A DNA stretch of 64,000 bases. Origin: a virus. Position numbers and translations under genes: made by a program. Every line of letters starts with the position of its first letter. The first letter of the stretch is position 1. Positions 57,216-64,000 of this stretch are shown piece after piece. The DNA is taken from positions 1 through 64,000 of the IMG/VR virus record IMGVR_UViG_3300045988_151684. One strand, written 5' to 3'. A model generated the notes under the pieces. The model ran no database searches and was not told where the DNA came from. It saw nothing but the letters and a program-made list of their open reading frames with translations.

Positions 57216-57386
57216 TTATTTATTATAACGGTGTGCTGGCTGGCTATTTTCACCAGCCTTAGATATTCCCTTAGCTTCATGACTTCGTCCCTCCCAGCCA
57301 GGTATTTTATCCGGCTTATCAGATTTTGTTCCGCTCACCCAAATAATGGTCATGATGAAGATAGCCACTGCTAATATATCAAGCAT
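57216..57386 (-). CDS. 56-aa small TM protein (paralog B)
   Basis: RBS GGAGGG; hydrophobic N-terminus. Confidence 0.35.
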   Translation of the reverse strand: MLDILAVAIFIMTIIWVSGTKSDKPDKIPGWEGRSHEAKGISKAGENSQPAHRYNK

Positions 57387-57528
57387 GTTTATCCCTCCGG
57401 TTTGCTTCTTTCTCGTAATACCTGCGAACGCTTCTTTCGTAGTCGCAACGTCCGCCCACGGCAAAAATTACGGTTATCATCATGCCAAAGATGGCACCGA
57501 GCATAAAATCGATTACACACTCCAGCAT
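57379..57528 (-). CDS. 49-aa small TM protein (paralog A)
   Basis: RBS GGGGAGGA; hydrophobic. Confidence 0.35.
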   Translation of the reverse strand: MLECVIDFMLGAIFGMMITVIFAVGGRCDYERSVRRYYEKEANRRDKHA

Positions 57529-57533
57529 GTTTT

Positions 57534-57842
57534 TTATTCCTCCCCGTATATGATTCTCTTTCCCTGTTGCAGCGCAAAAGCTGTTTCCGCTCGGCATCCG
57601 TTAGAATCTTCCCAGCCGTTGCAAACCAGCAACGTATCGCAACGTGATAATAGTTCAAGGCACTGGCTCAGTTCCTGACAGTAGTTCACGGTTTTATTAT
57701 CCGCATCGCCGAACAACCCCAGTGGCGTTATAAATACTTTGTCCGGGTATTTCGCCTGTAAACACGCCCTGATAGCTTTCGCCTTTTTTATATTACTTTC
57801 TTCGTCCCCCGTGAACGGGTGGGCAATATATACAAGCTCCAT
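57534..57842 (-). CDS. DUF4406 / nucleoside 2-deoxyribosyltransferase-like protein
   Basis: weak pattern match (AHPF.G....N......L....P.....I.P....D....V......D.L.....GW..S.G...E...A...GK.I). Confidence 0.35.
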   Translation of the reverse strand: MELVYIAHPFTGDEESNIKKAKAIRACLQAKYPDKVFITPLGLFGDADNKTVNYCQELSQCLELLSRCDTLLVCNGWEDSNGCRAETAFALQQGKRIIYGEE

Positions 57843-57843
57843 G

Positions 57844-58086
57844 TTATTTTCGTCCTTTCCGTTCTTTTACCTTGCGCTGCTTGATTTGCCCGCACATAAT
57901 GCCAAAATACCGACGCCAATATTTCTCGCTCCGGTTGTCGATAGCCACCTGCAGCTTAATCTTGACACCGAACACTTTTTCAACGCTTGCACTGATATCT
58001 GCAATAATCTTCCTCTTTTCTTTTTCCCATTCCTTGCGAAACTCGGCGAAGTCCGCCGTGGCGTCCTCTGCCCATAGCTTTATCAT
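57844..58086 (-). CDS. hypothetical protein
   Basis: ORF. Confidence 0.3.
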   Translation of the reverse strand: MIKLWAEDATADFAEFRKEWEKEKRKIIADISASVEKVFGVKIKLQVAIDNRSEKYWRRYFGIMCGQIKQRKVKERKGRK

Positions 58087-58277
58087 TTCATCACCTTCTT
58101 TTTTTTCCGTTCCAGTTCTTCTAACATCGTGTCACAGCTTCGGCGGACGGCATTTACAGTATGGCTTTTCATTATTCCAGCCTTAAATGCGTCCAGCGCT
58201 TTTTTTCGTTGTTTTAAAACTTCACTTTCTGCCTGCTTGATTTCATCAAGTGTCATTTTATTTTTTAATACAATCAT
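58083..58277 (-). CDS. hypothetical protein
   Basis: ORF. Confidence 0.3.
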   Translation of the reverse strand: MIVLKNKMTLDEIKQAESEVLKQRKKALDAFKAGIMKSHTVNAVRRSCDTMLEELERKKKKVMK

Positions 58278-58295
58278 GCTCTCCCTCTTTCCAGT

Positions 58296-58562
58296 CTATT
58301 CAGTCCACTTCATAACGCCAGCTTTTACCATCTCATTGGCGTCTTTGAATCCATGACTTTGTGCATGGTCATTGCTGACAAAAGTTGACCATTGCCCGCA
58401 TATTTTACAAATGCCCGCCCGCCAGCGCGTCGGTTTAACCTGCCGTGGTACAACCGCTGGATGCCGATGATTATCTTGCTCAATGATGGCGCATATTGAC
58501 TGACTGATTTCTTTCCGCCCACAGCGTTGCTGCTTTAAATACTCGCTTTGATGTTTTTTCAT
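58296..58562 (-). CDS. hypothetical Cys-rich (zinc-finger) protein
   Basis: CGRK...CAII; CKICGQW. Confidence 0.35.
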   Translation of the reverse strand: MKKHQSEYLKQQRCGRKEISQSICAIIEQDNHRHPAVVPRQVKPTRWRAGICKICGQWSTFVSNDHAQSHGFKDANEMVKAGVMKWTE

Positions 58563-59803
58563 GACGCTGTCTCCCTGATTTTCTGCTCAAGCTGGCGTGT
58601 TTGCATAATTAATGTGTTGATATGGTTAAGGGCAATTTGCAGAGCGTCGATAGTCTCATCGTCCCCGCCGTTTTCCCAAGCGTCCGACTGTTGTTCGTAT
58701 AGTTCCGCCCGCGCTTTTTCCAGCGTATATGCCGCCAGCTCGTAGCCTCTTGCTTCTGCCAGCTTGCTGGTGTCCGGTTCCGTGTCATAATGAATGGTTT
58801 CCTGCGGCTCGTTTTGGTCATCCGAAATGTCCAAGGTGTTTGCTGGTGTCTGCTGTGCTTTCATTTTCAGCAGTTCGTTCCCCAATGCATCCTGCGTAAT
58901 CATTTCCAGCGCACCATCCCATGCTGCTTTATAAGAAACATATTTCTGGTTTTTGTCGACATACTCGAAAGCGTGAATCTGTCCATCTGATTCAGTAGCT
59001 TGTCCGCAATATCCAGCATAATACCGCCCGTCATATTGCCCAATTATTATAAATAATTCTCCAGCGCTTTCAGGAATATCTTGCAGGCGGGTTTTGGTTT
59101 CTTTTGGCAAAGGTTTATCATCTTGCAGGTCTGCCAGCTTGACCTTAGCCCCTTTTGTCGCATGTATAACTTTTTGTTCTTTTTCTGACTTACTGGCCAG
59201 CTTGTCGGCCACTCCCGTGGATATATTGCCGTCTTTGTATTCCTGCTTATATTCATCCGTCAGGCTTTTTTCAATCTTTTCCAAACGACCAACGGCTGAA
59301 AGGCTCATGCCTAACGCCTCCGCGATATGTTCACGACGGCGCCCTTTTATTTTCTCCCCAGCATCTTCCCGACGTTTAAATATCTCGTTCATCCGCTTGA
59401 CGGCCTGCATTTTCTCCCAATCGGAAATAACACGGTTCGGCAGATTTGCTTCTAACAGCATTTGCTCGGCATCCGTTTCGTCAGCATCGATAATTACGCA
59501 ATCGACTTTTCTAAATTCTTCTTTTCCTTCCGCTGCCAGCCGTTCATGCATCAGCTTACGGCGATGTCCCGAAATTAAAGTATACATACCACCGCCCGCC
59601 GGCCGAACGATAAGCGGATCTAAAAGTCCAAACTGCTCGATTGAATCTTTAAGCAGCGCGTTTTTTTTCTCAATCTCTGTACCGCCCGTTACCTCAAAGT
59701 CGTTATTTTCATCGTCTGCGATATTGGCAAGGTCAATTTTTACAATTTCCCTCGTTTTCTCTGCCATGTAGTCGCCCATAGCGCCCATCATGCTAAAAGC
59801 CAT
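58559..59803 (-). CDS. ParB-like nuclease domain (ParB/Srx N-terminal) protein
   Basis: RBS GGGAGG; LIVRPAGGGMYTLISGHRRKL ParB box. Confidence 0.7.
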   Translation of the reverse strand: MAFSMMGAMGDYMAEKTREIVKIDLANIADDENNDFEVTGGTEIEKKNALLKDSIEQFGLLDPLIVRPAGGGMYTLISGHRRKLMHERLAAEGKEEFRKVDCVIIDADETDAEQMLLEANLPNRVISDWEKMQAVKRMNEIFKRREDAGEKIKGRRREHIAEALGMSLSAVGRLEKIEKSLTDEYKQEYKDGNISTGVADKLASKSEKEQKVIHATKGAKVKLADLQDDKPLPKETKTRLQDIPESAGELFIIIGQYDGRYYAGYCGQATESDGQIHAFEYVDKNQKYVSYKAAWDGALEMITQDALGNELLKMKAQQTPANTLDISDDQNEPQETIHYDTEPDTSKLAEARGYELAAYTLEKARAELYEQQSDAWENGGDDETIDALQIALNHINTLIMQTRQLEQKIRETAS

Positions 59804-59829
59804 TATAAAACCTCCCTTATGCCTTATGT

Positions 59830-60612
59830 TCAAATTGTACCCAAGTTGGGTACAACCTCAGCTATAAAAGTACGATAATCTACTGCCGATCGGCATTTTT
59901 TTGCGTACTCAACGACTGGAATATGCGCAAACACTGATTCTTTAACTTTTACACTCATGTGGATTACTGACTTAAATACCGGGAATTTTGTTTTTTCGCG
60001 CAGAAAAGTCAGTCCATCCCGATCCATTTTGGTGCGGGCGCTGAATTTCGTAATCAGTACCCCTGCCAGTTTGCAGTCCGGGTTATAACTCTGCCTTGCT
60101 TCCAGTATACGGTTTTCTACTTCCCGCAAGCCATCAATACTGAAGCCGTCTATCTCCATCGGCACAATAACATCCGTGGCGGCTAAAAATGCATTGATTA
60201 CGTTCGGTGTCATATTCGGGGCGCAATCGATAATGACAAAATCAAAGCTATCGGCAACGCTTCCCAACGCCTCTTTTAAAATCAGTGCTGCGCTAACCCC
60301 CTGATCATTGCGCTGTCTAGCCATAAGTTCCATGTTCACGCTTGCCAAATCCATATCGCCCATGATTACAAAAAGATTTTCGTATTTCGTCGGGCGGATA
60401 GCCTTCCGCAGGTCAGCCCCACGGAACACATCAGCAATAGTCGGGACGCCTGCCGTTTTGCGCTGTTCGTAAAATGCGGATGCGTTGCCCTGTATGTCAT
60501 TGTCTACCAGCAAGACACGCTTACCTTCCTCAGCCAATAAATAAGCCATATTGCAGGCGGTGGTAGTCTTTGCGACGCCACCTTTCATGTTGACAATAGC
60601 AAATATTCTCAT
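59830..60612 (-). CDS. ParA/Soj-family ATPase
   Basis: deviant Walker A NMKGGVAKTTTA; start MRIFAIV with RBS GGAGGG. Confidence 0.8.
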   Translation of the reverse strand: MRIFAIVNMKGGVAKTTTACNMAYLLAEEGKRVLLVDNDIQGNASAFYEQRKTAGVPTIADVFRGADLRKAIRPTKYENLFVIMGDMDLASVNMELMARQRNDQGVSAALILKEALGSVADSFDFVIIDCAPNMTPNVINAFLAATDVIVPMEIDGFSIDGLREVENRILEARQSYNPDCKLAGVLITKFSARTKMDRDGLTFLREKTKFPVFKSVIHMSVKVKESVFAHIPVVEYAKKCRSAVDYRTFIAEVVPNLGTI

Positions 60613-61151
60613 TGTTTGCCCTCCTTGTGCACTATAAAACTGTTTTTTTGCCATGCATCATCCAGCATAAGCGTCAGTACATTACAGCCGTTAACCACGA
60701 CCATATCTCCGATGCATACCAGTTCTAGTTTATCGCCTATCATGTTCAGGTAATCTCCTTGGACTAAAATATAACCGTCCGCCCCAGCATAAAGCCTGCC
60801 GTCCATAGGGGTATTTTCGTAAAGAACAACAGCAATACCAGTCGGGGTTAATATTTCGCCCTGTTCAGCCTGCTTTATCCATGATAGATATTTTTCCAGC
60901 ACACCATCACAATCCGGCTCCCTTGCCGACTGCACCCAATTGGACTTTATGCGCTCATAATAAACGTTTCGTTTTTCTACTTCCAGCTTGCACTGGATCC
61001 GGAACGCATCGCGCTGGCGCAGGTGTAAAATAAATGTTTCTGTCACCAAGTAATGTTCTTCATCACGATCAAGCAACATGAACGTGCCGGACTGTTTCAC
61101 TGCCCGTACTACTGCCGAACAGTTTATCGGATCTATTTTTTCTTCCTCCAT
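60609..61151 (-). CDS. hypothetical protein
   Basis: ORF overlapping ParA start. Confidence 0.4.
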   Translation of the reverse strand: MEEEKIDPINCSAVVRAVKQSGTFMLLDRDEEHYLVTETFILHLRQRDAFRIQCKLEVEKRNVYYERIKSNWVQSAREPDCDGVLEKYLSWIKQAEQGEILTPTGIAVVLYENTPMDGRLYAGADGYILVQGDYLNMIGDKLELVCIGDMVVVNGCNVLTLMLDDAWQKNSFIVHKEGKQ

Positions 61152-61169
61152 GTCTTTCTCCTTTTCTGA

Positions 61170-62010
61170 CTACATGTTTTTATCTTGCAACGTCTGCACT
61201 TTTCGGGGCTTTTGCCAACACAAAACGTGCTGAGCAGTTCCCCCGCCTTTTTGGGATTCATTCTTCTGCTTTCCCTCCAGCTTGACGTATACCGCGTATT
61301 GCATGGGGTAGCCGTACCGGTTTACGCCACTATAAGATAAATTCTTGTCGATGTAATAGCCTTTTCTTTCCGGCGGTTCCTTCCTCCACGTTTTAGCATG
61401 GACAACACGAGCCTTTGGCGTCGCCTCTCGCAAGTTACGGGATGACGAAAATCTTTTTTTTATTATCGGATCGTCGCTTAGAAAAGTTTCCTCCCCGTTC
61501 TTGATGATGTACGCTGCCACACTGTGCCAGTTCTGCGTTTTATCAAGGTGGCTGGCGTGAACATGTACCCACTCACCACCGTTTACAATATTCTGCCAGT
61601 TGGTCGCTATTATCTCCGTGTCAATTTTGGTCAGTATCATGTGCAAATGGATTGCTCCACGTTTTCCACGACCAACCGAAAAGATATACTTACATTCTTT
61701 GCCATCCTGCCGATATTTCTTGCGGATCCGCTTCAAGAACTCTTTTATATTTTTCTTTACTGTATCACTGTCAGGAGTGCTCTTTGCTGGGTAGGTCAGT
61801 GTTACCCATAGATCTCCCGGCTGAAAGTTCTGTTTATCTCGCAGAAGTCTCCACACCTTTCTGACTGCTTCCTTGCTCTGCCATCTTAGCTGTTCTTCTG
61901 GTGTAGCTCTCTGTGCTGCTGCTTTCTCTCTTTTTTCTCTTATTCCATATCGGCCATTGGTATATTTATGGACTTCTACCACGTTTCCCCGATCTATTAC
62001 TTTTTCAAGA
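61170..62010 (-). CDS. rolling-circle replication initiator (HUH endonuclease, Rep)
   Basis: start MAYLEK with RBS GGAGG; HUH motif GAIHLHMIL and downstream Tyr motif VAAYIIKNGEE. Confidence 0.6.
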
Positions 62011-62173
62011 TAAGCCATTATGCAGCACCTCCTTCTGCTACTCTTTATTTTTTTTATTATTCTTTTATTATTGGTTCTTAAAACAATATGTTTAACAAGC
62101 CCAAACAGTCCCCCAGCGGGGAATAAAAAAGCAAGCTTGAAAAAAGCGCCAGGCAATAACTGGCGCGCTTTTC

Positions 62174-62413
62174 TTACTCGTCTATGGTCGCCGATGCCAA
62201 TGTTGCCAGTAAATCCTCGCCCATGTGCTCTACAAAAAACGCATGGAGGCACGATTTGGGGACTCGGCACTCATTGCCGAATCTGATAGCCCCCAGCAAT
62301 CCGGCGTCTATCAGTCCTTTGACAAATTTTCTTCCCGTCCGCATCCGCTTTGCGGTTTCTTCTAAATTCATCAAGCGGTCAGCATCGTCTAAAATCAACA
62401 CATTTTCAGTCAT
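62174..62413 (-). CDS. HTH_17/excisionase-family DNA-binding protein
   Basis: LMNLEETAKRMRTGRKFVKGLIDAGLL.AIRFGNECRVPKSCL; RBS AAGGAGG. Confidence 0.5.
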   Translation of the reverse strand: MTENVLILDDADRLMNLEETAKRMRTGRKFVKGLIDAGLLGAIRFGNECRVPKSCLHAFFVEHMGEDLLATLASATIDE

Positions 62414-62418
62414 GTCTA

Positions 62419-62586
62419 TCACCTCCTTAAATCAGCTTTATCTTCTGGCGTAGCGGTAAGGATATAACCCGCAAGAGTTAATATCGTATTTGTTCCGCCC
62501 ATCTCGCGGATTTTTTTTATTATCCGCATTGTTTCCATGCGGGCCTGCTCGCTACGCAGGGCTTCAAGTATAGTTCCTTTATTCAT
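62419..62586 (-). CDS. 55-aa hypothetical protein
   Basis: RBS AAAAGGAGGA; stop overlaps RBS of next gene. Confidence 0.35.
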   Translation of the reverse strand: MNKGTILEALRSEQARMETMRIIKKIREMGGTNTILTLAGYILTATPEDKADLRR

Positions 62587-62688
62587 TTTTATCCTCCTTT
62601 TAATAATTTCATTTTGTGCTTTTCAAGCTTTGTTGTCGTTCTTTTCTTTTAATAACAAATATGTTATAATTTTCTTGGAGGTGATATT

Positions 62689-63048
62689 TTGCACCAAGTA
62701 GAGTTTTATGCTGACTCCCAGGGTAATGAGCCTGTCAAGGATTTCCTTGTAGAGCTTCAAGCAAAGAGGGATTCCGATAAGTCAGCCCGCATCTTGTCAG
62801 AGAAAATACTGACATACATCCGTGTATTGCAGGAATACGGCACCAGAGCAGGTATGCCATATATGCGCCATTTGGATGGTGATATATGGGAACTTCGACC
62901 ACAGCCGGAGCGGGTTCTGTTCTTCTCTCATCACAATGGAAAATTCATTCTGCTCCACCATTTCCGCAAGAAAACTCAGAAAACTCCCAAAAGAGAAATT
63001 GACTGTGCCAAGCGACGTGCCAAGGCCTATAACGAAAGGAATGATTAA
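62689..63048 (+). CDS. RelE/HigB-like (Gp49-type) toxin, paralog of 54726..55082
   Basis: TTG start after RBS GGAGGTGA; FFSHHNGKFILLHHFRKKTQKTPKREIDCAKRR. Confidence 0.6.
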   Translation: MHQVEFYADSQGNEPVKDFLVELQAKRDSDKSARILSEKILTYIRVLQEYGTRAGMPYMRHLDGDIWELRPQPERVLFFSHHNGKFILLHHFRKKTQKTPKREIDCAKRRAKAYNERND

Positions 63049-63049
63049 C

Positions 63050-63322
63050 ATGGGTACTAACTTTAATGATTTGTGGAATGACTCCTCATTCATCAGCGAG
63101 GAGCAACGAAACAAAATAGATTTTGAGGTTGCTCTGATTGGCAAGCTGATTGAAGTCAGAGAAAGCAAAGGCTTATCCCAAAAACAGCTGGCTGATATGT
63201 GCGGGCTGAAACAGTCTGCTATTGCTAGACTGGAAAAAATGAATGTCACCCCTCAGCTCAATACCCTTATTAAAGTCTTAAAACCTTTGGGCTATAGACT
63301 GGATATTGTTCCCTGTGATTAA
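63050..63322 (+). CDS. XRE-family HTH antitoxin (HigA-like)
   Basis: KGLSQKQLADMCGLKQSAIARLEK HTH; 2-nt gap after toxin. Confidence 0.6.
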   Translation: MGTNFNDLWNDSSFISEEQRNKIDFEVALIGKLIEVRESKGLSQKQLADMCGLKQSAIARLEKMNVTPQLNTLIKVLKPLGYRLDIVPCD

Positions 63323-63370
63323 GCTCCGCCCCGTGGGGCTTTTTCATGTGTCAGAGGTTCTAGCAATTTA

Positions 63371-63568
63371 TCACCTCCTCAAGGATTTTTTTTTAGCCTT
63401 ATACATCGTCTTGAAGCGATGCTTCCCGACCTTGGCGTTAGGCTTGTTTAGCCTATTGCGCCACATCTTCAACCAGAAAACTTTATCCCATTTTCTTAAA
63501 TATTTGTTTATCTTGCGAGCTTCTTTCCCAGTAAGTGGCTCGCTTTTTTCATGCGCTAATTCAGTCAT
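63371..63568 (-). CDS. small highly basic protein in cro position of leftward operon
   Basis: RBS AAAGGAGG; K/R-rich; first gene transcribed from minus-strand consensus promoter. Confidence 0.4.
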   Translation of the reverse strand: MTELAHEKSEPLTGKEARKINKYLRKWDKVFWLKMWRNRLNKPNAKVGKHRFKTMYKAKKKSLRR

Positions 63569-63640
63569 TTAGCAACCTCCTTTCCTAGCTCCGCTTTACT
63601 CATTTCTAGACCATCCTAATCTTGCGTACTTTTGCGATAT

Positions 63641-63727
63641 TTTTATAGTTGTTTTGCGTTTACATACTCATTATACCAAATTCAATACGTATGTCAACGT
63701 TTTTATAGTTGTTTTGCGTTGACATAC
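63641..63727. repeat. 27-bp direct repeat TTTTATAGTTGTTTTGCGTT(T/G)ACATAC x2 (63641..63667, 63701..63727) plus inverted repeat GTATGTCAACG/CGTTGACATAC: operator region of lysis-lysogeny switch
   Basis: seen in sequence between divergent genes. Confidence 0.55.
63670..63697 (-). promoter_or_regulatory. near-consensus minus-strand promoter TTGACA-16-TATAAT (leftward early promoter)
   Basis: rc of 63692..63697 is TTGACA; rc of 63670..63675 is TATAAT. Confidence 0.5.
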
Positions 63728-63747
63728 GCAATAAAAGATATTATGAT
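63719..63747 (+). promoter_or_regulatory. promoter TTGACA-17-TATGAT for repressor gene
   Basis: overlapped by repeat copy 2. Confidence 0.5.
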
Positions 63748-63772
63748 TATATTAATGAAAGGTGGTGACTAT

Positions 63773-64000
63773 ATGACAAACATAGGAGAGCGCTTGAAAA
63801 TCTTTCGAAAATCAATCAAAAAAACACAGGCTGCGTTCGGCGAACTTTTAGGAACCGGTCGTGACACAATTTCGAACTATGAAATCGGGCGCGTTGAACC
63901 TACGGAAACATTTATACAGTTGCTAATAACTAAATATAATGTTTCTGAGAACTGGCTAAGGACTGGCCAAGGGGAAATGTATGCGGAAACGGAAACGACT
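63773..64000 (+). CDS. XRE-family (cI-like) repressor, 3' end beyond window
   Basis: RBS AAAGGTGG; LKIFRKSIKKTQAAFGELLGTGRDTISNYEIG HTH. Confidence 0.6.
   Translation, partial: MTNIGERLKIFRKSIKKTQAAFGELLGTGRDTISNYEIGRVEPTETFIQLLITKYNVSENWLRTGQGEMYAETETT

Larger units (their letters stand above)
32364..64000 (-). mobile_element. Prophage 2: related HK97-like siphovirus genome on minus strand (right end cut by window; left boundary uncertain, could extend to ~29500)
   Basis: Syntenic homologs of nearly every prophage 1 structural gene on the minus strand; cI-like XRE repressor running off window at 63773; mosaic GC (structural block 34183..54640 AT-rich). Confidence 0.8.

Noticed and set aside
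59094-59771. 225-aa plus-strand ORF
   Set aside because: Entirely antisense to the ParB-like gene, Ser/Phe-rich low complexity, no RBS.
62797-63249. 150-aa minus-strand ORF
   Set aside because: Antisense to the HigBA-like pair, which has RBSs, overlap coupling and paralog support.
1-64000. searched for CRISPR arrays, tRNA/tmRNA genes, rRNA and an integrase
   Set aside because: No array-like spacer/repeat periodicity, no tRNA T-loop/acceptor signatures and no tyrosine or serine recombinase motifs were seen. Integrases are presumably outside the window on both sides.

Overview
The window holds two related HK97-like temperate siphovirus genomes (prophages) arranged tail-to-tail, separated by a small AT-rich accessory island. 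Prophage 1 runs on the + strand from before position 1 to about 27560 at roughly 50% GC. Prophage 2 runs on the - strand from beyond 64000 back to about 32360; its left boundary is uncertain.

Both carry syntenic, clearly homologous modules in this order: a GWGGKR-motif protein, an ArpU-like regulator, an HNH endonuclease, TerS, TerL, portal, ClpP-like prohead protease, HK97 major capsid, connectors, major tail protein, tail chaperones with a -1 frameshift extension, tape measure protein, tail tip and fibers, an XhlA-like protein, holin and endolysin.

Prophage 2 is mosaic:
- Its morphogenesis block (34183..54640) is strikingly AT-rich even though proteins such as TerL are roughly 70-75% identical to prophage 1 over the stretch aligned by eye.
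- Its lysis and replication/lysogeny modules are about 48-50% GC.
- Its major capsid gene carries an in-frame TAA in the N-terminal scaffold-like region, so it may be defective.
- It also carries two paralogous HigB/HigA-like toxin-antitoxin cassettes on the opposite strand, a candidate Fst-like type I toxin with a hairpin-rich antisense RNA, and a rolling-circle Rep + ParA + ParB-like block suggesting a phage-plasmid lifestyle.

The best candidate for something new is a lower-GC moron in prophage 1, between the tail fiber and the lysis cassette: a Cys-rich 181-aa protein, then a radical-SAM/SPASM enzyme translationally coupled to a Pol-beta-superfamily nucleotidyltransferase.

The AT-rich island between the lysis modules of the two phages has three notable elements:
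- a stand-alone 313-aa unknown gene with its own promoter and terminator;
- a Panacea(DUF4065)-like antitoxin overlapping a 3-TM putative toxin, with a palindromic operator in its promoter;
- a small peptide plus hairpin element.

No rRNA, tRNA, CRISPR array or integrase is visible in the window. All calls rest on manual reading of the supplied ORFs and sequence; homology calls come from recognised motifs, not searches.
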